Assembly: GCF_018977255.1 (NCBI RefSeq)
Contig: NW_024704764.1
Location: 9,052,001-9,116,000, forward strand
Length of the DNA: 64,000 nucleotides
Origin: Callorhinchus milii
Taxonomy: Eukaryota
Direction of reading: 5' to 3'
In this document: piece after piece, positions 24,318-37,300 of the stretch
Numbering within the stretch: the first letter of the stretch is position 1
Layout of the letters: the number at the start of each line of letters is the position of its first letter
Translations under genes and position numbers: made by a program
Notes under the pieces: model-generated
The model's input: only the letters and a program-made list of their open reading frames with translations
Database searches by the model: none
What the model was told of the DNA's origin: nothing

Positions 24318-27300
24318 CTATTCCTCCTTCGTGTCCGGGGTCTCCAGGTGTTTCCGCAGCAAAGCCTCCACCTCGGGTCGTTTGCCCATCTTGTTGGCTT
24401 TGCCCTGGTATCGGCCATTCTTCCCGGCGCCTTTACCGTCCAGTAACAGCAGCGCTCTGTGGCCGAACACCGCAACAGAGGGTCACCCGGGGGCCGGGAG
24501 CCTGCTGACCGCAATCACGCACTCACACGCACACGCCAACGCACCCCCAGAGAAGCGCCCACCAACAGGCGCCCAACACACACCCACCGACACGCACCAC
24601 CCACCAACGCGCACCCGCCCACCAACACGCACCCACCCATCAACGCGCACCCACACCTCACAGCACTCCCTTTCTTGAGGACATGTTTCCGTTCGTGCTT
24701 TGACCCCCCCATCGTGTTCCCTGTGGCGTGGTTTGGCGGGGAGGAGGGGGTGTTAAAGAGAAGGGGGTGCCCACCATGATGAACAATGCTTATAAGATCA
24801 CGTTGCAGATATTCAGGGGGTTTTGTGTGGGTTTTACTCCCTCTCCATCCCCTTCACACCCGGCCACCAGCCTGGTTCAGGTGATGGCTTGGATGACCCC
24901 CTTCCCCCCACCACCCCCTCTCCCACCGACTGAGTGAACGTGTCCTTACTTCGGTCCGAGAGTTTCCACCGCCTCCGGCCGACCGGCCAACAGGAAGAGC
25001 CCCGATCCCTTCTCCTCGCCCACCGTCAGGAACAGCAGCTCCACCTGCGGGGGGGGGAGGGGGGGGGAAGAGAGCGAGAGAGAGAGAGAGCGGGGTCAGT
25101 GGTCAGAGAGCCAGGACCCCAACCGGCAATCGCAGTCACTACCTTCACACTGTCAGGTGCCCAGAATCCCTCCGGTCCACCATCAGCAGCCGCACTTTCA
25201 GCCAATACGCCCCGAAACTCTTCCTCTATCCCTCCGACTTGCACCCCCCGCCCTCCCCTCCCCGGCTCTGGGACGCTGCCAGGGGTGAGGGGTGTGGGGG
25301 GTGTGGCGGGGGGGGGGCCCTGCGTAAAAGGCAAGTTGTTGTGTTCGTGACATGGTCCTCACCTCAGCCACGAGTTCGTTCGCGAGAATGTTCATAAATT
25401 CACTGTCGCCCTCCTTCCTAAAATCACAGAGAAACATCAGAGCAACGACACCGAGATCTCCCGATCCCAACCCCGCAACTGTGGGGGGGGGGGGAGAGCG
25501 GGGGCGGGGGGTTGGGATCAGATGAGGGGGATGGAGGGTGGGGAGTTGGGGCGGTGGGAGGGTGACCGAAGGCGAAGTCGAAGAGGAGGTTCTTGAGACG
25601 GGTCTTGGTGCGGGAAAGGACACAAGTTGCAGCTTACGGAGGGAGTGAGGGAGGAAGGGAGGGAGTGATCGAGGGAGGGAGGGAGGGAGTGATCGAGGGA
25701 GGGAGGGAGGGGAGGGAAGTGTTGGGAAGTGAGCAGTGACATTACTGACCTGTGTAATACAAAGATCTTGCCCTTGTTCGGGTCACTCTTGACGGTGTTG
25801 GCCGTCATGATGGCCAGGTCCCTGAGCATGCTCACGCTGTTCTGCAGCGGCCGAAGGAATGAGAGTAAAGGGGTCAGCGAGGAATAAACAGCAGCCCCCT
25901 CCCCCCCCCCCCCCCCACCCACCACCCTCACCCCGAGCGTGGTGGGTGGGGGCGGGCGGGAGAGGACGGTGGTGGCAGGAGAAGCGGGGGGGGGGTGGCG
26001 GCAGCGAGTGAGGAGAGGAGGGAGGAGGTCACGGAGGTACGAAGGGGTGTGGAGGTGAGGGGGGGGCTGTTCCAGATCTCGCATTGATCCTCGCCCTTCG
26101 CGTCGGGAGGATCTCGCCGCGAAGTGTAGTGACTGTGTGCCTGCAGGCAAGGCCGACACCAACGCCAAAGGTTTAATCAACGCCCAGATCCCATCGACAC
26201 CGCCTCACCTTGTGCAGGAGCTTGACTGATTTCTGCAGCTTGTCCACCCCTTGCACGTGCTCATTCGGGCCGTTCCTGTCCGATAATAACAATAATAATC
26301 GCTGCCTTTGCACCAGCGCCTCACCGCGTCGTCGCGACGTCTCAAAGCGCCTCACGGGATACATTGGGAAGTGAAGCGGCTGCGTAGTATTTTTGCCCAT
26401 TGCGCACAGCGGCGTCCGTCCACCCCCCCCCCCCCCCGACCCCCGCGGCTTGAGCGACCAAATGATTATTTTTCTGGGAAGGGATTACCACCCCCGGAAA
26501 AGCGATCCGCCGATCGACTGCGAGGCACACAGAGGCGCCCGTGTGCGCGGAGTAAGGAAACTCGCCCAAAGTTTCGCCCTGCCCTGCCCCGCCCTGCCCG
26601 GGAATCAAACTCAGGTCCTCCCACTTGCGAGGACTCCACATCGACAGGGGTGCCGGGTGGGGGGGGGGGCCGATGGGATGGGGTGGGGGGGGGGGAGAGA
26701 CGGAGGGGGTGGTAGAGGGTCACTCACTTGAGGAGCGAAGTTAGCGCTCTCTCGGTTGCTAAGCATTTGTCCATGTAGCTCAGGACTCGGTTGCCGACCA
26801 GGAAAATCAGGTTGGTTTTGTTCTTTTTCCCTTTGTCCGTCCCCAGCAACTTAATGACCTGAGGGTCAGGCAGAGGCGCCGAGTGGGCGGTGAGGAGGAA
26901 TAACTAGGAGCGGGCCGAGGCCATCCAGCCCGCGAGCCTGTTCCTGCGAGTCTGTTATGTCGGGGCAGATGGTCCCGGTTTCTCTGCCGTTTCTTCCCGA
27001 CGCCATTTAATTCCCAAATCCCTCGCTCCTGCGATGGAGCCACAATCGCTCGCCCCTTCCTTTCCAACTCCTGCACCCACCTCCCCCAACCCACCCACCA
27101 CCCCACACAGACACACGCGCACACGCCCACCCCACNNNNNNNNNNNNNNNNNNNNNNNNNNNNNNNNNNNNNNNNNNNNNNNNNNNNNNNNNNNNNNNNN
27201 NNNNNNNNNNNNNNNNNNNNNNNNNNNNNNNNNNNNNNNNNNNNNNNNNNNNNNNNNNNNNNNNNNNNNNNNNNCCACCCACTGTGTATTTACAGAGTAA

Positions 27301-30300
27301 GCGGACACACTCCGGATTGCTTCCCACACGCGTGTCGGGGATCCCGCGCTCACCTGCAGGTGGCTCAAGTTGGACACGTGTGTCCCACAGCACATGTTCT
27401 GATCCACTCCCGGGATCTCGATGACCCGGATGGGCCCCGCCCGGTCTCCCGGTAATCCTGAGCTCCCGAACTGGGAACAGGACAAGACGAAGAGGGCTCC
27501 GGTTAGCAACAGACACCTGACCGGTAACGCACAGCTTCACACCCACACCATCGACAATCATTTACTTTATTTATGTTATTCCCTCCACCTCAACCCCCTC
27601 CCTCTCTCCCACTCTTTCTCTCTCCCTCTCTGTGGCAGAGTGACAGAGACAGAGAGACACAGACAGTGACAGAGATATAGACACAGAGAGAGAGACACAC
27701 ACAGAGAAAGACACGGAGAGAGAGAGAGACGGAGAGAGACACGGAGAGCGAGACGGAGATAGAGACACAGACAGTGACACACAGAGAGAGACACCCACAG
27801 AGAGAGACATGGAGAGAGACACGGAGTGAGAGACACAGACAGTGACAGAGATAGAGACACAGACAGTGATACACGGAGAGAGATACGGAGAGAGACACGG
27901 AGAGAGAGACACAGACAGTGATAGAGTGAGATAGACACGGCGAGAGATGCGGCGAGAGACGCAGAGAGGGACGCAGAGAGGGACGCAGACGGCGACGGGT
28001 ACAGCTGATCAGACGCTGTGTGACTGGCGCGAGTGAGTACCTTCTCGGCCTGGGGATGGTCGGCCGAGACCAGCTGCACGGTGACGGGGAGGTGAGCCCT
28101 GATGTGCTCGTTCACAGTGGCCTCCAGCGCCTGCACCTGCTCAGCTGTCACCGCCTTGGTGTCCAGCTCGATCACACTCCGCTGGCGGCCCAACTCCCTG
28201 GGGCGGAGGGGGGGGTGGGGGCAACAACAGGGGCTCAGAACCCGGGGCAACGGCAGGACAGAGGGCAACAGCAACAACAACACCACCAGCCCTGCCCTCG
28301 TTCCCTACCTCGCCTCCTTCGAGGCCGCATCTCAAGACCCTCCTCTTCGACTGTGCCTTCGGCCACCCCCACCCCCCCACTAACCCCCCCACCCCCCCAC
28401 ACCCTCCATTCCCCCACCTCCTCCTGATCCCAACCCCCAAATCTCTGACCGTCCAGTCCACCCAGCGCACTGGGACATCCTCCCGATGTGAAAGGGCAGG
28501 CGTCTTGTAAGTGTAATGTGTGGTTGTTGAAACCCCGCACCCCCCCTCCCCCACCCCCCACTCCCCCCGTTCCCTCGCCCCCACCCCGATGGCCCCCTTT
28601 AACCTCAGCCTCACGGAACCTCCCCACTCCAGCGACGCGCGAGATGGAAACTCGCAGACAGAACAACAGAATCTCCCGGACTTACCACGAAGTCGTTACG
28701 AAACCGAACATGGATTCCGCCACAGCTGAGATTAAGTGTTGCCCTGGGGTGGGGGGATGGGGTTGGGGGGATGGGGTGGGGGGATGGGGTGGGGGGGATG
28801 GGGTGGGGGTGGGGGTGGGATGGTGAGAGAGAAAACAAACGACAACAAATGACATTGGTGTAGCGCCCTTTCACGCCAGGGGCGTAAGGAAACTCTGCCA
28901 ACTGCGCACGGCAGCGAAGGTCCCACAAACAAACAGCCGTGGATTGAGTGACCAAATTTTTTTTTTTCTTTTGGAAGGGGTTATTACCCCCCCCACCCCA
29001 CCCCCCACCCCCCGGAAAAGCGATCCGCCAATCGACTGACGACCGGGTTCCCGCTGACTGCTGGTAAACGGTAAAGGCGAGGGGTACAGAGGGCGTGAGG
29101 CGCCGCGTTTACCGGAGTGTTGCTGCATGTGATCGAACCTCCGATCCCAGTCGATCTTGATGTGAACCTCATGGGACGGCTCCAGGGGCGACTGGACGAA
29201 GTGGACGGCGTCGCCTCCCTCCCTCGTCACCCTCAACACCGGGATCTCCTCGATGTACCCGCGATCATCGGGCTGGGAAAACGGAACATCACGTCGCTCC
29301 CGTAAACTTCCCACACCCCCTTCCCCCCCCCCCCAACCTCTCTCTTTCTCTCGCGCTCTTCCCCCACTCACTCCGTCCCTCCGCTCTGCAAATTCCCCCC
29401 CCCCTCCACCACCCCACCCCATTTACCTGTCCCCCTCCCTCGGGGAATAAGATGGTGTCCTTGAGGATCACATTGTAGCCGTCAAACTCCTCCTTCTTCC
29501 CGTTCACCTCGGTCTTCAGTTTTGCCGGAGTGCAGGACACCACTGAGCTGGTGAACTGGGAGCAAAGGGCAACAACAACAACAACAACAGATTACATTTC
29601 ACGTCGGGAGGATGCCCTAAGGCGACTGGACGATCAGGGATCGGCACCCGAGCTGGTGGTTGGCATCAGGAGGGAGTGGAGGGCGGGTAAGGGGGCAGGA
29701 GGGTGACCGAAGGCACGGTCGGTCGAAGAGGAGGGCCTTGAAGGAGGCGAGGGAGCGAGGCGGAGGGACTGCGGGATGGCGTTCCAGAGGGTGGGGCGGT
29801 TACTCTGCGACATCTCCCTCCTCTGCCTCCACCCTCCGGCCGCCAAGGCCCTCATCCAGGCTTGGCCAAGCTAACTCCCTGCTCGCCGGACTTCCCAACT
29901 CTTCCCTCCACAAGCGCTGCAGATGGTTCAGAACTCTCCAGCTCGCGTCCTCTCCCCCCCCCCACCCCCCAACCCTCGCCAGGCTCCACTGGCTCCTCAT
30001 CCCCCCCCCCCCCCAGAGGATCGAGTTCAAGATCCTCCTTCTCACTTTCGAAGCCCTCCACGGTCTTGCTCCTCTCTACCCCGTGCCACCTGCTGAAACG
30101 TTACCAGCCCCTGTGCCCCGTCTCTGCTCGGGGGGCACTTCAGCCCTCGCTGCCCTCGCCCTCCGGAACCCCTCCCTCGCCTCCTTCCGAGGCCAGTCTC
30201 AAGGGCTTCCTGTTGGACCGTCACCCTCCTACCCCCAACCTGCCTGCCCTCCGCCCCCTCTTTATTCCACCACCCCACCTCCCACCACCACCACCACCAC

Positions 30301-31159
30301 CACCCAGCTCTGGTGCAAAACCCTTCACCGCCCAGCGCCTTGGGACGCCCTCCCGGCATGAAAGGCGCTGTGTGTAAATGCAGTTGGTTGTTGTTGGGAT
30401 CCAAAACACTGACCGGCTGTGCCAGCTTTTCAACAGAGACAAACAGACAGACACCCACACACACCACACACTGGGTGTGGGGGTGTGTGTGGGGTGTGTG
30501 TGAGAGAGAGTGTGTGTGTGTGGGGGTGTGTGTGAATGTGTGTGGGGGGTGTATGTGTGGGGTGTGTGTGGGGGGTTGGTNNNNNNNNNNNNNNNNNNNN
30601 NNNNNNNNNNNNNNNNNNNNNNNNNNNNNNNNNNNNNNNNNNNNNNNNNNNNNNNNNNNNNNNNNNNNNNNNNNNNNNNNNNNNNNNNNNNNNNNNNNNN
30701 NNNNNNNNNNNNNNNNNNNNNNNNNNNNNNNNNNNNNNNNNNNNNNNNNNNNNNNNNNNNNNNNNNNNNNNNNNNNNNNNNNNNNNNNNNNNNNNNNNNN
30801 NNNNNNNNNNNNNNNNNNNNNNNNNNNNNNNNNNNNNNNNNNNNNNNNNNNNNNNNNNNNNNNNNNNNNNNNNNNNNNNNNNNNNNNNNNNNNNNNNNNN
30901 NNNNNNNNNNNNNNNNNNNNNNNNNNNNNNNNNNNNNNNNNNNNNNNNNNNNNNNNNNNNNNNNNNNNNNNNNNNNNNNNNNNNNNNNNNNNNNNNNNNN
31001 NNNNNNNNNNNNNNNNNNNNNNNNNNNNNNNNNNNNNNNNNNNNNNNNNNNNNNNNNNNNNNNNNNNNNNNNNNNNNNNNNNNNNNNNNNNNNNNNNNNN
31101 NNNNNNNNNNNNNCTCTCACCTCTCTGCTGTAGCTCTCTCTCTGACACGCGAACGCCAT
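24318..31159 (-). CDS. AARSD1: Alanyl-tRNA editing protein Aarsd1 (AlaXp), 12 exons, 412 aa
   Basis: Exons 31159-31121, 29555-29427, 29272-29113, 28743-28686, 28197-28041, 27470-27354, 26858-26728, 26275-26209, 25841-25750, 25417-25363, 25044-24950, 24456-24318; 1239 nt, open frame. Begins MAFACQRESYSRE; has FPEGGGQPDDRG and the Zn-binding HMQQHSGQH and MCCGTH motifs. Confidence 0.95.
27630..27990. repeat. GA-rich degenerate tandem repeat in AARSD1 intron 5
   Basis: Repeated gagagacacagacagtgacagagata units. Confidence 0.85.
29815..30395 (+). mobile_element. L2-clade LINE 3' fragment
   Basis: NSLLAGLP and LARLHWL...QRIEFKILLLTFEALHGLAPLY; same stem-loop tail with GTT repeats. Confidence 0.85.
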
Positions 31160-31260
31160 GTTGCCGCTCTCACACACACACACACATTTGTAGCCACTTT
31201 CGGTTTTGTGAATGAGGTCAGAGTGGGCGGGGCTGCGGGCCTGGCCGCGCGTGCGCAGTG
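31150..31260 (-). promoter_or_regulatory. Housekeeping-type AARSD1 promoter (GC box, NRF1-like, YY1-like)
   Basis: gggcggggc at about 31225-31233, gcgcgtgcgca at 31247-31257, AACATGGCG overlapping the ATG. Confidence 0.5.
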
Positions 31261-31599
31261 GAGGGGAGACACTCAGGAGCGACGGGTGGGACACATTGTA
31301 TCGCCGTCGCCTGTCAATCAACACGGCCCCGCCCCCCCTTTGTCCTGACCCCCCCCTTTGCCCTGACCCCTCCCCCCTTTGCCCTGACCCCCCCCCCACA
31401 AATACCCTACAGCAAAAACTCCCCCTTTTTGGGCAGTAAATGACATTAAACATCACGGGGGCGGGGGGGGGGGCGAAAGAATTTGCCGGACGAAATAAGA
31501 CCATCCAGTCCATCGCCCCCACCACCACCCCCCCACACCCCCCGGCGTTTCGCCCCCAACCCCCGCCTTCTCCCCCCCACCCCACCCACCACCAAAAAA

Positions 31600-31860
31600 A
31601 ATTACACAGTCCCGAGGACGTCCCAAAGCGCTGGACAAGTGTACGGCGTTTCGGACCCGAGCTGGGGTCGGGGTATGGGGGGGGGGGAAGAAAGGAGGGG
31701 GGGTGGCCGATGGCATAGTCGAAGAGGAGGGTCTTGAGGCGGGATTTGAAGGAGGCTAAGGAGGGGGCGAGGCGGAGTGACGGAGGGATGGAATTCCAGA
31801 GGTTGGGGGCAGAGTGGCTGAAGGCTCTCCCGACAGGGGTGGGGCGGATGGGGCGGGGGA
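31600..31860 (-). mobile_element. L2 3' fragment
   Basis: GRAFSHSAPNLWNSIPPSLRLAPSLASFKSRLKTLLF. Confidence 0.8.
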
Positions 31861-31885
31861 CGTGGATAAGGCGCTGCATCAAATG

Positions 31886-31922
<37 letters not shown>

Positions 31923-34359
31923 AATACCACCTTCCACCATTCTGGCAGTTGCACCTCAGTGGCCGCTCGTCCTGTAGAGAGCCCGTTCCCCGCAATGCTT
32001 TGTGTCTGGACACAGATCGCGGAGGGTGTTTTGTAGTTCGTTGTGTGTTTTGTTGGGGGGGGGTCGCGTACAAATTATTTTAATGATTTATAAATCGATA
32101 TAAGTATATTTTCAAGCAACAAAATCCTGGCGGTTGCTTGCACCATGTCATGTCCGAAATTACTCCCTGGTCTTCTTCCACCCCGCGAATGGGGAGTCCA
32201 GCAGCGTAATGGTTAGAGCGAGAGGACCTGGGTTCGATTCCCGGGCGGGTCAGGGCGAAACCGTAGGCAAGTTTCCTTACTCTGCACACGTGCCTCTGTT
32301 TTGGTAGCAGTAAGTCAGGAACCTAGTTGTCAATCGCTTGGCGGATTGCTTTTTCAGGGGCAATCATCTCTTAAAAAAATAATAATTGGGTCACTCAATC
32401 CCGCTCCTGATAACTAGTCACTGAGCCCTCTTCTTTCGGAGCCACAAGTTATCAGGAGTTCACCGTATGATAAATGGTCTTTTATAATAACAGCAACACC
32501 CACATAAACGGCTCTTTGTGTAATAAAAGTCCAAAGCGTGGGTGTAAAATGATTTTATGTGGCCGTGCGTTTGCCAAGTGCCAGATAAACTTCCAACAGT
32601 GTTTACTGCCGGGTGAAGGGGGAGAGGGGGATTATCACCCCTAAAAGCGATCCGCCAAGCAATCAGGTTCCAACTTACTACTCGGTAAACAGAGGCTTGT
32701 GTGTGGAGTATGGAAACTTGCCTGAGGCTTCGCCCCCTCCCGGGTCTGAATGCTGTTACGTACCATTAGGGTACTCCAGGTCTCTGGGAAGAAGGTGTGC
32801 CCATCCTTATTTGCTTAAGGAATCAATGGCGGGTTCAATAACAGGAATAACAGGGTGTGGTTTGCCAGGAAGTGGAACTCACTCACTCCTGCTCACTCAT
32901 TGGATCCCTCTGGCTCTTCCTCTAACATTTCATCAGCAGATGGTCAAAGGTCCTCCCAAAGGCTTGGGTTGATTGTTCAAGCCAAGGTACACTAAATCAC
33001 ATCCACTAAATCAGAGCCTTGTGTGAGATGGTGTGACCCGTCTACTAGTCTACCAGTAGACTACACATCATCTACCGCTGCGTCTGCCGAGAGCTACGTT
33101 GTCGGGTCCGCATTTGAGGCAGCAATAAAAAAAAATGTGGCCACTCAACCCACGACTGTTTATGGGGACGCTGCTGTGAGTCACCGGCTGCCGCGTTTCG
33201 CCCACAAAATATACAGTTGGGGATCTCTTAAGCGTGCGATTTGTCTAATCCTCTCGGTCTCTCCCCCCTTCCCTTCCCCTCGCGCCATCTTCTCTTTTCG
33301 ATTCATTTCCATCCATCTGCCTGTTGATGTTGCTTCCGCCCCCGGATGAATAAATAAGCAGAAGTTGATACAAACCTCTTTATTACACTGGTATAAATGA
33401 ACGCAACAAACACACAGGGTTTCTGCACTCCACAGCACACCTTAAATACATCGCAATACATCCCAATTTCCCCTGAAAGCATTTGGTGTCTTTTCCCTCC
33501 TAATCGAGACGGTTCCACAGATGTTCTCTGGTATCTCTCCGCATCCCGAACTCTCTCCCGAGTGCTCCTTATTGCCTTTGGGCCTTTCCAGCGCCTCGGG
33601 AGATCTTGTGAGGCGCTGCACAAATGTAATTTGTTGCTGTTATTGTTAACGGTGAACGCAATCATAGCCAAGTGATCGTGTCCTGATCAGAGATGGAGAT
33701 AGTTCCAAACTGGGACCCAGGCTGATTTTTACCCCCTGATACCAACTGTGCACCCTTCGCTCCTGCCCCTGGTGGGATCTGCTCGCTAACTCTGCACAGA
33801 TCAGGGTTACGAGCCCCTGTGTGGGGCTCAACTCACCTCTCGGCCTTCGGAAAAGCTTCCCTCACTCAACTAAACATGCACGCACGCACACACACGCCTG
33901 ACTTTTCTCTACAAACCACACTCTTCGTACGGGAAACGTATTGGGAGGTTTAATAGATTCTTCAAAGCAACACGGAAAATGTCTTCATGGCCATTCGTAT
34001 TCCCCATTGGTCTCTCCCTTGCTTCTGACCCTTTCCTCCTCTGGCTTCCGGCCCGGCCCTGTCGATGAGAAGACATTCCATCAGAAATCACCGAACCCAC
34101 CTTCCCGTCAAGCTTTCAAATCAAACACTTGAACCGTGCGAGGGCTGAATAGATACAAATCATTTCTCGCCTCTGACAGCACTATTCACCCTGGGTGACG
34201 TTTTGAGTTAATGATAATTAATAATAATATTAAGAGTAATAATAATAATAACGTCTTGAAGCTCTTCACATGATTTCGCTGTAAAGCGCTGTGACTGTGT
34301 GTTGTGTGGGCGTTAGCCTTTAGCCCTTAGAAACTTACCTCGGTTCTCGGTCTCCGCAG

Positions 34360-37300
34360 TCAGTCGTCCTAAGGGGGGAATTAGAAAGGGGTCGAGTGTT
34401 AAAAAACAAATTGTTGTAACGTGGAGAAGATCACGCCCACAAATGACAATTGTTCATCGAAACCACTCCTGTGATCTCGTCAAGCAAACAGGATGTTTGA
34501 AAGGAGGTTGGATTAATCAGGGTATAATAATAATAATAATATTAATAATATAATCCTTGCATTTGATACAGCGCCTTATCGCGTCATCGAGACGTCTCAA
34601 AGCGCTTCACGTGACACACTGTAAAATGGAGTGACCGTGTATTTTTGTGGCCGATATTCAGGGCTATGGAGGAAAGATGGAGAGATGGGATCAAAAGAGC
34701 TAAGAAACTGACGAAGCAGGCTCGGTGGGCTGAATGGCCTCCTCCTGCTCCGTATGCCCTAGAGCTTTCCCTGCTGGCGTTACCCGTCTGTGTGGCTCAG
34801 GGCTGGGAGCTGGAGGTGTCCTGGGGAAGGGAGCGCAGAGCTGGGGAGGGCAGCCTTGGGTTGGGAGGGTGGGGGGTGGTGGTGGGGGGGGAACCCACTG
34901 AGAGCTGAGATACTGAGCTGTCACCACTCCCAGCGACTGACACACTTACATCCAGGTCGTCCATCGAAGGCGGAGGGCCATTGTCCTTCATGTCTTTCAT
35001 CATCTGGGAACAGAAACGGCCAAGTTTACACCGAGTGGGGCTCAGCCCCTTAGGGGGAAGCGTGTGGGGTAAGGAAACTTGCCAGAGGTTTCGCGCTGAC
35101 CCGCCCAGGAATCGAACCAGGGAGGGGGGGGGGTCATTGCGCTTGAGAGGCGAGCGGGTTAACCACTAACCATTAACCACGGGGACTCCACAATGAAGCT
35201 CGAAGAGAAGACAGACAAGATTGAGCTGGAAGTTGTGAGGCACGCGGAGCGGGGTGGGGTGGGGGGGAGGGGAACGGGCTGCGAGGTCGTTTCCTGGGCG
35301 CTGCCCCGCGTGAAGGGCGCCGCGGAAGTGCAAGTTGTTGTTGTTGTGAGGACGCCGCATGGCGAGAGCTGGCCTCACCTCCGCGTACTGTTGGATGTCC
35401 AGGAGTTGGTCATCGTCGGTGCTCCAGTCTCTCCAGTTGTCAAAGTTCACCATCAGCCAGACNNNNNNNNNNNNNNNNNNNNNNNNNNNNNNNNNNNNNN
35501 NNNNNNNNNNNNNNNNNNNNNNNNNNNNNNNNNNNNNNNNNNNNNNNNNNNNNNNNNNNNNNNNNNNNNNNNNNNNNNNNNNNNNNNNNNNGCCTGTGTC
35601 GGGGCTAACTGTGTGAGGAGTTACAGCCCATTCATTGATACATCCCTTCCTTCCTTCCTTCCTTCCTTCATTTTTGTTTGGGGTGGGAGGGGGGGTTGGG
35701 GGGGAGGGTTTGGGGTGGGGGGGGGGGTGGGGGGTGGGGGTCAGCCGGGTGCATTTACGTCACTTTTGTGAATATCTGTGTCGCATACTTTTTTATTCTG
35801 CTCAGCAAACCCGTCACCATCCTTAAGAGTCTCCAAACCCAACTGAGAATTCCATGTATCTCACCTACACATGGAAATCCCAGAGATAGGGGTTGGCAGG
35901 AGCCAAGGTTTTGGGGTGGTGGTGTGGGGGGTAGGAGGGGTATATTTATTGGGTTTTATATGACTAGCGGCTATTGAAATAATATTAATACAATAATATT
36001 CTTCGGGTTTGATATGGCGCCTTATCGCGTCCTCGAGACGTCTCAAAGCGCTTCACGGGATATTCTTCAAGGAGAAGCCAAACAGCTACGTTAAGCAACG
36101 CACTCACCAACAGGGAGGGACTGGGAATTTTGCTGAACCCTAACTGTACCGGGTTACTCAGGACATCGCCGCAAATTCTCCGGCAGCGCAGTAAAAACAA
36201 GAGGGCGGGGGTGGGGGGGGGGGTGGTGGGGGCGTCCGACAAGCCGTGGAGCCACGCATGTCCAACCCAAGGCAAACGTACCTTGACCTTCTCTTTGGTC
36301 AGTCGCGGCCAGGCTCGTTTACCTTCCACCTTCCTCATGAAGAGCGTCACCGAACGATCCGAGCGCTTTTCTCTCGAATCCTGGTCCGTCCACGGGGGGG
36401 GGGGAGACATAACAGAGGCGTTTTAGGGACGAGCAAAGGGCAGGACGTCCCACCGAGGCTTTCGCGACTAAGATTCCCAACCCAAACTTCGCGCTTCTGG
36501 CACCCCAGCCTGCTGACACCCTGCGCCCCCCCCCCAAACCCTTTGGCACTCCATCCCACAATCCCCCCGCCTCCCCCTTCCCCTCCCTTCCATCCCTCGC
36601 CTCCTTGAAGGCAGGTCTCAAGGCCCTCCTCTTCAACCTCGCCTTCGGTCACCCTCCTCCGCCACCTACTGATCCCAACCCCCAGCTCGGGTCCACAAAA
36701 CCCTGACTGTCCAGCGCCTTGGGATGTCCTCCCGACTTGAGGAGCTCTGTTGTTGTTGTTGTTGTCGTTGCTGTACTAGTTACCGGTGAAGAATAGCGAT
36801 GGCTGTCGGCTCAATGCTGGTGAGCACTACTTACACTGGGCTGCACTCTTGTATACAGCTCAATGTTATTGTACAGCTCCACATTATCCTCTGTTTTGCA
36901 ACTGTTGAGGAAGGAGAACGAGTGTCACTGGGGTTCAGAGCGACTTGCGAACAAATCCCTCCTCAAGTCGGTCCCTCAATCCACGACTGTGCGCGGCCGG
37001 CTGCCGCCTTTCGCCCCCACAGAACATACGGTCACTACACTTTAACAGCAATGATAACCCTCGCGTGTGACACAGCGTCCTATCAGGTCTTCGAGGCGAC
37101 TCAAAGCGCTTTGCGGCATATACTGGAAGACGTAGTGGCAGCCAATGGCGCACAGCAGCGTCCCCTCAAACACTCGCGGACGGAGCGACCAAATTTTATT
37201 TATTTTTGGAATGGATCATGTTGAAACTTCTGAGACGTCTCGAAGACGTGACAAGGCTCTGCGTCAAACGCAAGGATTATTATTATTATTATTCATACCC

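Noticed and set aside
30042-31954. 368-577 aa ORFs spanning the gap
   Set aside because: Mostly N-run and repeats; only the 13-codon AARSD1 exon 1 and an L2 fragment are real.
34360-34362. In-frame TGA as possible selenocysteine
   Set aside because: No SECIS element recognised, and the position matches the normal acidic end of PTGES3L.
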